From the NCBI GenBank assembly GCA_034670305.1, contig JAXMNT010000016.1:64001-128000 (forward strand): a stretch of DNA of 64,000 bases. The letters run 5' to 3'. The notes beneath the pieces were generated by a model that was not told where the DNA came from, searched no databases, and saw nothing but the letters and a program-made list of their open reading frames with translations. Origin of the DNA: Deltaproteobacteria bacterium (GTDB lineage Bacteria > Myxococcota_A > Polyangia > Polyangiales > Houyiibacteriaceae). Each line of letters opens with the position of its first letter. Position 1 is the first letter of the stretch. The translations under genes were made by a program, and so were the position numbers. This document shows, piece by piece, positions 50,473 to 59,611 of the stretch.

Positions 50473-50680
50473 GGGTGGCAGTGGCGGCGGCAGTGGCGGT
50501 GGCAGCGACAGTGGCAGTGGCGGTGGCAGTGGCAGCGACAGCGACAGTGGCAGCGACAGCGACAGTGGCAGTGGCAGCGGCGGTGGCGGCGGCAGTGGCA
50601 GTGGCAGTGGCAGTGGCAGCGGCGGTGGCGGCGGCAGCGGCACCGGCACCGGCAGCGGCACCGGCACCGGCAGCGACAGC
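50473..50680. repeat. Intergenic hexamer array (GGCAGT/GGCAGC/GACAGT/GGCACC)
   Basis: Visible 6-nt periodicity between divergent genes. Confidence 0.95.
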
Positions 50681-50740
50681 AGGCTGGGGCCGGCATCCGT
50701 CCCTGGCCATCCTTGGTCCGACCCGCTACGTCCACTTGGA

Positions 50741-52141
50741 ATGGATGCGCGGGACATACTCCGGACGGGGATCGAACGGTGGCGGCGGAGCGAAGCGATG
50801 GCCGCGGTCGCGCTCTCGCGCGGCGAACGTCTGACCGTCGCATGGCCCACGCTGCGGGAGGTCGAAGCGCTTTCCGATTGCCGCGACGAACTCGAGCCCG
50901 ACGAAGCGGGGATCTGCGCGGCGCATTTGGCGCGGGCGGTGGCGGACGAGGTGCTCGACGAAGCGCGGGACACCTGGCGAGATGCTGCCGACCGGCGCAC
51001 CTCCAAAGGCACGACGGTCTCGGAACACGCGCTGCAGGTGCTCGCGGAGAAGAGCGGCATCGAGCCGATCGTGCGCACGCTGGAACAGCCCGCGTTGAAG
51101 CTGCGAGAGGCGCGCTACCAAGCCGACCTCGCCGCGTACAAACGGTGGAACGAACTCGGGCTCCCGGTCCATCCGGACGCAGGCATCGACGCCAAAAACC
51201 GCCGCGAACTGGCGGAGCGCGTTCTGCAGGTCACCCACGAACCGGCGCAAGAGTTGCTGTCCCGGTTGCCACTGGAGCAGAACGATTTGGGTGGACTGTT
51301 GCGCGCGCTGCGGTGGCGAAAGGGCGACGGCATGACGCGGCCCAAGGAACGTTGGCGCCGCCTCGGCGCGGTGATGCCATTCTTCGAAGCGGTGCTCTCG
51401 AAACGCGTCCGCGTCGAACCCCGCGACGGGCACCTCATGGCCCGCCCCCGCGTCCTTCAGCTCGCCCCCGACGACGTGCGCATCGTGCCTGGCCCCAACG
51501 CGGGGGTGCTCGGCGAGCTGTCGGGCGCGCGACTCGTCGGCCGCGCCCTCGGCCTCTCGCTCGCGTCGCCCGCCCTCCCCCGCGCCGTGCAACGCGCACC
51601 GGTCGCGAGCGTGGCGCGGTGCATCGGAGAACTCCTCGTCCAACGTTCGGTGGCCGGCTTCGGCTGGTCCGCGCTCACGCGCAGCGAACGCACTCGCTTG
51701 CTGCTCCAGTTCCGAGCCGGCTTCGTCCTGCACCTGCGGATCTGTGCCGCGTCCACCCTGATCCGCGGCCGCGCCCCCCGCCCCACCCCGAACTGGGTCG
51801 GCGTCGACACCAACCTCGGCGAAGTCGACGTCGACGGCGAACTCGAAGCCCTCGCCGAACAAGCCCTCTTCGTCCACGTCCCCTCAACGCTCGCCGGCCC
51901 CCTGCTTCACACCCCCTCCGGCGGCGGCGCCCGCCTCCGCGCCTCCCTCGGCGCCCTCACCGCCACCGTCGCGCTGCGCGACCGCTACGACGAAGACTGG
52001 CACCACAACCCCCGCGCCGAAGAATGCCTCCGCAACGCCGCCACCCCCGCCGGCCGCACCTCCGTCGAAGCCTGGACCGCCCACCTCGGCGTCACCCCCG
52101 ACCACGGCCTCGACTACCTGACCGAGCTCCTAAACGACTGA
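50741..52141 (+). CDS. Hypothetical protein; C-terminus resembles M3 peptidase-like proteins, no HExxH
   Basis: Long ORF with high GC3 and C-terminal 'LRDRYDEDWHHNPRA..LR'. Confidence 0.6.
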   Translation: MDARDILRTGIERWRRSEAMAAVALSRGERLTVAWPTLREVEALSDCRDELEPDEAGICAAHLARAVADEVLDEARDTWRDAADRRTSKGTTVSEHALQVLAEKSGIEPIVRTLEQPALKLREARYQADLAAYKRWNELGLPVHPDAGIDAKNRRELAERVLQVTHEPAQELLSRLPLEQNDLGGLLRALRWRKGDGMTRPKERWRRLGAVMPFFEAVLSKRVRVEPRDGHLMARPRVLQLAPDDVRIVPGPNAGVLGELSGARLVGRALGLSLASPALPRAVQRAPVASVARCIGELLVQRSVAGFGWSALTRSERTRLLLQFRAGFVLHLRICAASTLIRGRAPRPTPNWVGVDTNLGEVDVDGELEALAEQALFVHVPSTLAGPLLHTPSGGGARLRASLGALTATVALRDRYDEDWHHNPRAEECLRNAATPAGRTSVEAWTAHLGVTPDHGLDYLTELLND

Positions 52142-52157
52142 AACGGCTGCCAGCCCG

Positions 52158-52230
52158 GCCGGCGTCGGTTTCGGCGTCGGCTTCGGCATCGGCATCGGCT
52201 TCGGCATCGGCTTCGGCATCGGCTTCGGCG
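52158..52230. repeat. Hexamer array (TCGGCN) abutting the four-helix-bundle stop codon
   Basis: Visible 6-nt periodicity ending at 52230; the stop codon is at 52231-52233. Confidence 0.92.
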
Positions 52231-52542
52231 CTATCCCCGACTCAGCTTGAAGAGCATGGCGCAGACATGGTCGGCGAGGTCGTAGACCTCGTCGCTCGCC
52301 TGCACGTATCCCATCACCGCAGCCACCTGGAGCGCAGCCTTCACTTCGCGCGCCTCCCCAAGTGCGCGCGAGAACCCATCGGGGTTTCGCGCGCCCCGAG
52401 CGCTCCGAGACTCCGCAACCAGTAGAGGAATCGCCTGCGCCGCCCGCCGCAGCTGCGACTTGAGATTCGCTTCACGAATGCGAGGGAGAACATCGCGGAC
52501 CAGAAGCGAGAGAAGTGCGAGCGACTTGTCGAATACGAGCAT
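52231..52542 (-). CDS. Four helix bundle protein (23S rRNA IVP / Avd-like)
   Basis: 'L.VF.KSL..L', 'LKSQLRRAAQAIPLLVAE', 'F.RALGEAREV.AALQVA..GY' and 'AML.KL'. Confidence 0.85.
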   Translation of the reverse strand: MLVFDKSLALLSLLVRDVLPRIREANLKSQLRRAAQAIPLLVAESRSARGARNPDGFSRALGEAREVKAALQVAAVMGYVQASDEVYDLADHVCAMLFKLSRG

Positions 52543-52561
52543 CGAGAACCTGCCTTGTGTA

Positions 52562-52713
52562 CGCCGAGCGTGAACTCGCCCGAGGGCGCGCAGCGCCCCC
52601 AGTGGTCGGCGGGGGGGCGGGTCAAGGACGAGCAAGCGCGAAGCGCGCCAGCGAAGCGGTGGGCTTCCCGCCGGGCCGAAGGCCTCCTTGAGGCGCCGCC
52701 CCCGCCGACCGCT
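52562..52713. other. Multibranched inverted-repeat element (structured RNA or ssDNA)
   Basis: Outer arms AGTGGTCGGCGGGGG..TCAAGGA / TCCTTGA..CCCCCGCCGACCGCT enclose GCGC-GAA-GCGC, GC-GAA-GC, GGTGGG-CTT-CCCGCC and GGCC-GAA-GGCC. Two more hairpins lie at 52565-52598. Confidence 0.7.
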
Positions 52714-52783
52714 ACGCTGGACCATCCATCGGGCCTCCATCCACCAACGAGGTGGGGATGTTCCGCACCGGAAGAGACGCGTT

Positions 52784-53620
52784 CTAACTCACCCGTCCAA
52801 GACATTGATGGAGCCACCGTCCCGAGGGGCTCCCAACGACGAACATGCCAACCATGGAGCACCACACGGGCACCCCTTCCGCCTCGCCAACGTTCCAGTA
52901 ACGCCGGCGAATGCCATCAACCAGGAGCTGGGTGGACTGCCCGAACCCAGCACTGCGCTCCAGGAAGAATCCCTCCCCCTCGGTCGTGAACGTCTCCGAG
53001 AGCAGGGACGCAACCCACTCCGGAGGTTCGGCTTGGTTCTCCCAGCTTGCACCCAGGCAGTACGCCATGGGTTCGGGTCGAACCGTCGCAATGAGATCGT
53101 GGGGCAGCCCGGTGGGGGCCAGAAAGTAGAACGCTTGAGCGGTCGGGCTATCGTTGAGGGCAAGGTCCGCGAAGGTCTTGGCGTGACCCTCGGCGCGCTT
53201 CACGCCGAACACACGAAGCGGGTTCTTGTCCGCTGATTCCACGCGACGGGCGGCAAACTCGACCGCATCAAGATGCGCCGCCACCAACCCGTACCGGCGA
53301 CGTGCATGGACCAATGTGCCGCCCATGTGCGAGCGGAGCGCTGCGACGCGCTCGACTGTCGTTGTCCCTTGGCTGATCTTCCGCACCGTCTGGACCGAGC
53401 ACTGCCGAAGCGCTGGCTCTCGCCCGATGAGGCGTGCCCACGCCGAGTCCAGTGAGGATTCGTATTCGGCGCGGAGCCTGTCGGCGATGGCACGCAACGT
53501 CCGTACGACTCGTGCCACGGCGACCTCCGGCGCCTGGGCCGGGCGAAGCGAATCCACTTCGATGGCGACCGACTTGGAACCCGCGGGCCGCACGGCCGAC
53601 TTGGAACTCGCGGGCCTCAT
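52784..53620 (-). CDS. Hypothetical protein
   Basis: ORF translationally coupled (ATGA) to the upstream gene, with atypical codon use. Confidence 0.6.
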   Translation of the reverse strand: MRPASSKSAVRPAGSKSVAIEVDSLRPAQAPEVAVARVVRTLRAIADRLRAEYESSLDSAWARLIGREPALRQCSVQTVRKISQGTTTVERVAALRSHMGGTLVHARRRYGLVAAHLDAVEFAARRVESADKNPLRVFGVKRAEGHAKTFADLALNDSPTAQAFYFLAPTGLPHDLIATVRPEPMAYCLGASWENQAEPPEWVASLLSETFTTEGEGFFLERSAGFGQSTQLLVDGIRRRYWNVGEAEGVPVWCSMVGMFVVGSPSGRWLHQCLGRVS

Positions 53621-54180
53621 CGCGCGACTCCGCACTCCGGCGGCATCTGCTGCGCCACCGATTGGTAGAACGCGTGGGCTCGGGGATGTCGGTGTCCGGG
53701 GATCGTGATGGCCCACCCATAGGCCACCACCAGCGAGACGATTGGACCGACGCACAAAGCCGCCGCCGCGCTCGCACCCAGCTCCATCAGGAGCCCGGAG
53801 ACCAGCAGCGCCACCGTCACGAACCCAATGAGCCCACCAACCCAGTGGAACAGCCGGCTGAACGCAGCGTCTCGTTGCGAGCCGGCTCGGCTCTCCCACT
53901 TCGGAAGGAGCCGGCCCACTGGTGGCGGCGCTGGGGCCACATGGATGTTCGGGCGCTGCACCAGAACGAGTCCGACCGGCGGTTCCAGATCTTCCTCGTT
54001 GGCACTGACCACCAAGTTGAAACCGGATGCAGAGCGGCGGACAAAGTAGCCAAGCCCCCGTAGTCGAACCTCGAGGTCATCCAAGTCCAGATGCACCGGA
54101 CTCGTGCGCCGAAACACCTGGTCGAACGCACCGCCCTCCGGTCCGGAGAACAACCGAAGCAGCGCCCTGAACGTCCCCAT
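53617..54180 (-). CDS. Hypothetical membrane protein (2 TM)
   Basis: Two hydrophobic segments. The stop overlaps the next start. Confidence 0.6.
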   Translation of the reverse strand: MGTFRALLRLFSGPEGGAFDQVFRRTSPVHLDLDDLEVRLRGLGYFVRRSASGFNLVVSANEEDLEPPVGLVLVQRPNIHVAPAPPPVGRLLPKWESRAGSQRDAAFSRLFHWVGGLIGFVTVALLVSGLLMELGASAAAALCVGPIVSLVVAYGWAITIPGHRHPRAHAFYQSVAQQMPPECGVAR

Positions 54181-54194
54181 CAAGGCAGGACGAA

Positions 54195-54968
54195 TCAAGG
54201 CAGGACGAAGCGGTCGCTCTGGCGCCATCTCAGCTCGTCGACCGGGGACGACACGATGTTCTCGCCCAGCACGTCCTCTTCGGTTTCCGGCAAGGAGATG
54301 CGGGCTTCGGTCGCTTCGATCTCCCCCAGGGTCGGGTACTCCATGGTGCGGCGGGTGACCCACTCGCACTGTTCCTCGGTCTCGACGCACGATTCGAAAC
54401 ATTCGTCCCAGGTCTCGATCCGGCAATCGCAGGGCTCGGTCCAGGTGTCGCAGACCGGCTCGCAGACCGTCTCACACGACTCTTCCTCGCAGTACGTCTC
54501 GATCCAGCACTCGGTCGATCCGTCTTCGTACGTGGCGCAGATCTCTTCGTCCCAACAGTAGGTGTCGCACTCCTCCCAGCAGTCGTCCCAGCACTCTTCG
54601 AAGGTGCAGAGGTCGCAGACCTCCTCCTCGAACGTGTCACAGACGGTCTCGAAGGCGATGCACTCGTCCCAGCAGACTTCCTCCTCGCGCACCCACTCGT
54701 AGCTCAGCAGCAGATCCGAGTCGTGGATCGTGAACCGGCCGTCCGGCCCAGTGACGATGCCCGGGAACGACCCATCGGTGTCCTCGGTGTAGCGGTGGCG
54801 CATCGCGTGCCCGTCGACGATGAACGTCAGTTCGTACTGGGAGATGCGCAGATCCGGCACCGGCGTCCCCGCCCCATCGACCACCAGCCCCGTCGCCTGC
54901 ACCTCGACGGTCGGCGCGGGCGCACACCCGAGCGGCAGCAGGGTGGCGAGGAGAAGGAGGCGGCGCAC
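54195..54968 (-). CDS. Acidic Cys-rich lipoprotein, hypothetical
   Basis: Lipobox 'PLGC', 20 Cys in a 103-aa Glu/Asp/Trp-rich segment, and promoter TGGACA-N17-CATTCT-N6-GTG. Confidence 0.8.
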   Translation of the reverse strand: MRRLLLLATLLPLGCAPAPTVEVQATGLVVDGAGTPVPDLRISQYELTFIVDGHAMRHRYTEDTDGSFPGIVTGPDGRFTIHDSDLLLSYEWVREEEVCWDECIAFETVCDTFEEEVCDLCTFEECWDDCWEECDTYCWDEEICATYEDGSTECWIETYCEEESCETVCEPVCDTWTEPCDCRIETWDECFESCVETEEQCEWVTRRTMEYPTLGEIEATEARISLPETEEDVLGENIVSSPVDELRWRQSDRFVLP

Positions 54969-55094
54969 GGGTACAGAATGGGTCCGCCACGGGGCACTGT
55001 CCAATCCGATCGCAGGGGTCACGGTCCAGGATACGCCGGCTGGGTCCGGGTTCCCCCTGGTTCGTCGGGGGTCGGCAGAACCGCGCATCCTCTC

Positions 55095-55500
<406 letters not shown>

Positions 55501-55502
55501 TT

Positions 55503-56138
55503 CTACGGCCGCGGGCCGAAGATGGCGGTGCCCACGCGGACGTGGGTGCTGCCCTCGGCGATGGCGGACTCGAGGTCGCCGCTCATGCCCATCGAACACT
55601 GTTCCAGCCCCAGCTCGGTGGCGAGGGACTTGAGCTTCCGGAACACCGGGGTGGGATCGACGTCCGCCGGCGGCACCGTCATCAGTCCGCGAAGGCGCAG
55701 CCCATCCAGCGCGCGCACCGCCGCGACCAGTGCATCGAGCGCCGAGACCGTGACCCCACTCTTCTGGGGTTCGTCCGCCACGTTCACCTGGAGGCAGATG
55801 TCCACCGGGCGGTCTGCGGTGGTCGCGATGCGCTCGGCGAGGCGGACCGAGTCCACCGAGTCGATCGCGTGCACGTGCGGCAGGACGAGTTTGGTCTTGT
55901 TGCGCTGGAGGTGGCCGATGAAACGCCACTCGAGATCCGCCAGGTCCGCCAGCGCCTGGGCCTTCTCCGCGAACTCCTGCGCGTAGCTCTCGCCGAACAC
56001 CCGCTGCCCGGCTTCGTAGGCTTCGCGCACGGATGCGGCCGGGTGTCCTTTGCTGACCGCGACGAGCTGCACCGGTCGGTCGGCCGCGGCATCGCGCACC
56101 CGCTCTTGCACCGCGTGCAGGCGCTCCGCGATCGTCAC
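55503..56138 (-). CDS. yggS: PLP homeostasis protein (YggS/PLPBP)
   Basis: 'VAVSK', 'FGESYAQE', 'FIGHLQRNK' and '[23 protein letters not shown]'. Confidence 0.96.
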   Translation of the reverse strand: MTIAERLHAVQERVRDAAADRPVQLVAVSKGHPAASVREAYEAGQRVFGESYAQEFAEKAQALADLADLEWRFIGHLQRNKTKLVLPHVHAIDSVDSVRLAERIATTADRPVDICLQVNVADEPQKSGVTVSALDALVAAVRALDGLRLRGLMTVPPADVDPTPVFRKLKSLATELGLEQCSMGMSGDLESAIAEGSTHVRVGTAIFGPRP

Positions 56139-56713
56139 GGCCAGTGCCCCAGTGCGCCGAGCGCGCGCAGGGCTTCGATGCTCTCGGCGAGCGGCAGTCC
56201 GACGACGTTGGAGTAGCTGCCGTCGATGCGGGTCACGAAGCCGCCGGCGATGCCTTGGATCGCGTAGGCGCCCGCCTTGTCCCGTCCTTCCCCGGTCGCC
56301 ACGTACCGGGCGACCTCGTCTTCGGTGCCGGCGCGCATCGTGACGCGGGTGTGCACGTCGAAGAGGCGGCGACCCTCCGGCCCCGCGACGCCCACCGAGG
56401 TCACCACCTCGTGGTCGCGGCCGAGCAGGCTCCGCACCATCGACGCCGACTCCCGATCGTCGACCGGTTTGCCGAGCACGGCGCCGTCCCGGACGACGAT
56501 GGTGTCGGCGACAAGGATGGGCATCGAGGTGCCGAAGCGCTGCTCGGCCGCCGCGAGTTTGTCGTCCGCCATACGCCGCACGTACGCGCGTGCGTCTTCT
56601 GCCAGCCTGCAGGTCTCGTCGACATCGACCGGCCGCACGTCGACGTCGAGACCGATGCCCTCGAGCAACGACCGGCGGCGCGGCGAACCGGAGGCGAGGA
56701 GGATCGTGACCAC
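56135..56713 (-). CDS. maf: Maf family nucleoside triphosphate pyrophosphatase
   Basis: 'LLASGSPRR', 'ADT.V', 'LGKP', 'DKAGAYAIQG' and 'GSYSNVVGLP'. Confidence 0.95.
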   Translation of the reverse strand: MVTILLASGSPRRRSLLEGIGLDVDVRPVDVDETCRLAEDARAYVRRMADDKLAAAEQRFGTSMPILVADTIVVRDGAVLGKPVDDRESASMVRSLLGRDHEVVTSVGVAGPEGRRLFDVHTRVTMRAGTEDEVARYVATGEGRDKAGAYAIQGIAGGFVTRIDGSYSNVVGLPLAESIEALRALGALGHWP

Positions 56714-56714
56714 C

Positions 56715-58346
56715 CTAGTTGCGGTCCCGCTCTTCGCTCCAGCGCCGCACCCGGCGCACGTACGTGCGGGAGACATGTTCCGGATCGAGCGAGAGCAGTT
56801 TGGCGATCTCGGTGACGAAGCCACGCACGTAGACGAGCGCTGGCAAGGACGGGAAGTCGTCGTCTTCGATCGCGAGCAAGAAGCCGCGGCCGATCTTGGT
56901 GCGTTTGCTGACCGCGGACAGGGAGGTTCCCTGACTCTCGCGGACCGCACGCAGAAGCGGACCGGTGAAGTCGGTCTCGGGCGTGATGACCGGCGCGGGT
57001 GGCCGGGGACCGTCGTCTTCTTCGCCCACGATCTCTTCGAGCTCGGGCTCGGGCGGGAAGACACTCAGCTCGTAAGGACGGCGGCGGGCCGGATCGAGCA
57101 ACACGTCGTGGGCTTCTTCCACCCGCGCGCGAAGTCGCTCGAGTCCCGCTTCGTCGAAGAGACCACGGCACGCGAGCGAACCGGGCGCGTAGATTTCGCG
57201 GACCCGCTTGTACGCCCGGCGCACTTCTTCGTCGGTCGCGCCGCGGTCGACCTCCAGGAGGTCGTGGTGCGAGTGCGGCGGCACCATCGGCAGCGGGCTC
57301 TTGCGGCGTTTGCCCGCATCGATCGAGAGCAGGCGGCGGGCGATCTTCTCGATGTTGCGGCTGGCCTTCGTGCCTGGGCTCTCGACGAGCAACGGACGAC
57401 CGGCGCGCAGGGTGTTCCAGACGGTGTCGTCGGTGTCGATGTAGCCGATGTAGTCGAGGCGCAGTCCGAGCCGGCGACGGGCCGCGGTCTCGATGAAGTC
57501 GCCGAGCTCGAGGTCCGCGCGCAGCCGGGTCTGGTTGACGACGAACGGGAACCGGAAGGTCTCGATGCACTCTTCCACGCGAAGGGCGAGGCCAGGCGCA
57601 GAGCCGCGCAAGTCCGCCAGCAAGTCGAGCGGTGGCGGTGCGTTCCCGCGCTCTCGAAGCGCCGCGAGCAGCGCGCGACGCTGCCCCGCATCCTCGGCGC
57701 GGGCCAAGAGCCGCCGGGCGAACATCGCGCGTACGAAGCGGTAGGTGCCCTCCATCGCGGTTGGTTCGGGGAGCGTCACGAACACGCTCACGTCCGCGTG
57801 GATCCACACGTCGATCAACGAGCGGTGGGTGCCGGCGCCGAGGTCGACGACGACGTAGTCCGCGTCGAGGTTGCGCAGCCGAGCGAGCAGCTTGCCGCGA
57901 CGGGCGCGGCGGCGAAATCCGCGGGCGGGTTCGTCGATGCCGGCGTGCAGCAGGTGAAGGCCTGGCACGGCCAAGTCCACCATGTCTGTCTGGGGGTCGT
58001 CGTCCTCTCCGAAGTCGAGGTCGAGTTCTTCGGAGGTCTCGAAGGGCAGCTCGGCCTGCTCTTCGTCGCTCGACACGTACTCCGGCAGCGGCGGCTCGTA
58101 AGGCGCGACGCCGGCGGGGTGTTCGGCACCAAGAAAGCCATGCAAGTTGGCGCCGGCCGGGTCGGCATCGGCGGCGACGACGCGTCGTCCGATCGTCGCC
58201 AGGTACACGCCGAGGTTGGCAGCCAGCAGCGTCTTGCCCACGCCGCCCTTGGCGCCCGCCACCGCGACCACGCGCGGCCCGATGTGCACGCCGTCTTCGT
58301 CGCTGGGCTCTCGGAACAGCTCCAGCTCTTCGCTCGGAGCCTTCAC
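56715..58346 (-). CDS. MinD/FlhG-like P-loop ATPase fused to a J-like domain and a RodZ-type HTH
   Basis: 'GAKGGVGKT', 'DADPAGANL' and 'DLGAG'. J-like 'HDLLEVDRGATDEEVRRAYKR..EEAHDVLLDPARRRPY'. HTH 'LRAVRESQG.SL..AIE..F..LPA.VYVRGF'. Confidence 0.85.
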   Translation of the reverse strand: MKAPSEELELFREPSDEDGVHIGPRVVAVAGAKGGVGKTLLAANLGVYLATIGRRVVAADADPAGANLHGFLGAEHPAGVAPYEPPLPEYVSSDEEQAELPFETSEELDLDFGEDDDPQTDMVDLAVPGLHLLHAGIDEPARGFRRRARRGKLLARLRNLDADYVVVDLGAGTHRSLIDVWIHADVSVFVTLPEPTAMEGTYRFVRAMFARRLLARAEDAGQRRALLAALRERGNAPPPLDLLADLRGSAPGLALRVEECIETFRFPFVVNQTRLRADLELGDFIETAARRRLGLRLDYIGYIDTDDTVWNTLRAGRPLLVESPGTKASRNIEKIARRLLSIDAGKRRKSPLPMVPPHSHHDLLEVDRGATDEEVRRAYKRVREIYAPGSLACRGLFDEAGLERLRARVEEAHDVLLDPARRRPYELSVFPPEPELEEIVGEEDDGPRPPAPVITPETDFTGPLLRAVRESQGTSLSAVSKRTKIGRGFLLAIEDDDFPSLPALVYVRGFVTEIAKLLSLDPEHVSRTYVRRVRRWSEERDRN

Positions 58347-59182
58347 GGTTGCAGCTTTCGTTCGATCTCTTCGCCGAGTTCGCGCGACCGATCCGTGGCC
58401 GCTTCGACCGCGTTCATCATCGTGGTCCGCAAGCCGCCCGCTTCGAGCACATGGAGCCCCGCGATCGTCGTGCCGCCCGGGCTGCACACCCGGTCCTTCA
58501 ACCGGCCCGGGTGTTCTCCCGTCTCGATCAACAGTTGCGCCGCGCCGAGCACCGTCTGCGCGGCGAGCCGCTGCGCGGAAGAGCGGTGCAGACCGACCTT
58601 CACGCCCGCGTCCGCCATGGCTTCGATCATCACGAAGACGAACGCCGGACCGGAACCACTCAATCCCGTGACCGCATCGAGCGCGCTCTCGTCGAGGACC
58701 TCGACGATGCCCACCGACTCGAAGAGCGCTTCGACCTGGTCGAGATCGTCTTGGCTCGCGTGGCGGCCCTTCGCGATGCCGGTGGCGCCGGCGCGGACCT
58801 GAGCCGGCGTGTTCGGCATCGTGCGCACCACGCGGGTGCCCGGCTCGAGTTGCGCTTCGATGACCCCGGTCGAGACACCGGCCGCGATCGAGACCACGAG
58901 CAGATCGGGGCCGGAGTGGGTTCGGATCTCGGCGAGCACCCGGTCGAAGACCTGGGGTTTGGTCGCGAGCACGAGCACGTCGGCGAACGCGGCGACCTCG
59001 GCGTTGGTCGCGGCTTCGGCGATGCCGAGGCGCGCCGCGAGCTCGTGTCGCTGAGCGGGGCGGGCATCGCCGACCATCAGCTGGTCCGGGCGCGCTGCCT
59101 TCGAAGCGATCAACGCTTCGAGAATGGTGGTGCCCATCACACCACCTCCAATGACCCCGATGGGGCGATCCGCGAGCTCCAT
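58343..59182 (-). CDS. proC: Pyrroline-5-carboxylate reductase
   Basis: 'IGGGVMG', 'KPQ', 'RTMPNTP', 'SGSGPAF' and 'SPGGTT'. Confidence 0.97.
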   Translation of the reverse strand: MELADRPIGVIGGGVMGTTILEALIASKAARPDQLMVGDARPAQRHELAARLGIAEAATNAEVAAFADVLVLATKPQVFDRVLAEIRTHSGPDLLVVSIAAGVSTGVIEAQLEPGTRVVRTMPNTPAQVRAGATGIAKGRHASQDDLDQVEALFESVGIVEVLDESALDAVTGLSGSGPAFVFVMIEAMADAGVKVGLHRSSAQRLAAQTVLGAAQLLIETGEHPGRLKDRVCSPGGTTIAGLHVLEAGGLRTTMMNAVEAATDRSRELGEEIERKLQP

Positions 59183-59220
59183 GCCCCCACCCATAGGAGG
59201 ATCAGGGGCTCTAAGCCAGC

Positions 59221-59560
59221 GGTGCTGGCTGTGGGAATCGCAGGTGCTGGCCGTGGGAGTCGCAGTGCTGGCCTCGGGAATCGCAGGTGCTGGTCCCGGG
59301 AATCGCAAGGGTCGGGATCGGAGTCGGGGTCGGCTTCGGCTTCGGAGTCGGGGTCGGCTTCGGGGTCGGCTTCGGGGTCGGAGTCGGCTTCGGCGTCGGC
59401 TTCGGCGTCGGCGTCGGCTTCGGCTTCGGAATCGGCTTCGGAATCGGCTTCGGAATCGGAATCGGAATCGGAATCGCTTCGGCTTCGGAATCGGGGTCGG
59501 CTTCGGAGACGGAATCGGCTGCGGAGTGCCCGGCATGGCAGGTGCTGGCTGATCGCAGGG
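59221..59560. repeat. Four ~22-bp tandem repeats, a hexamer array, then a partial fifth 22-bp copy
   Basis: GGTGCTGGNNNNGGGARTCGCA x4 (59221-59307), (TCGGNN)n to about 59522 and GCAGGTGCTGGCTGATCGCAG at about 59538. Confidence 0.92.
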
Positions 59561-59576
59561 CAGTGCGAAAATCGGC

Positions 59577-59609
59577 TTGCACGAACTAATCAATCGATAC
59601 ATAAGTTCG
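59577..59609 (+). promoter_or_regulatory. Promoter and probable TetR operator
   Basis: Imperfect palindrome CGAACTAATCAATCGATACATAAGTTCG centred on ATCGAT, overlapping TTGCAC-N17-CATAAG, right before the tetR start. Confidence 0.65.
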
Positions 59610-59611
59610 AC

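Noticed and set aside
52760-52800. Integron attC site after the orphan genes
   Set aside because: TCTAAC/GTTAGA is present, but I could not find a correctly oriented RYYYAAC...GTTRRRY pair, and there is no integrase in the window.
59221-59307. Possible CRISPR array
   Set aside because: The units are directly tandem with only about 4 variable nt, there are no 25-45 nt spacers, and no cas genes are present.
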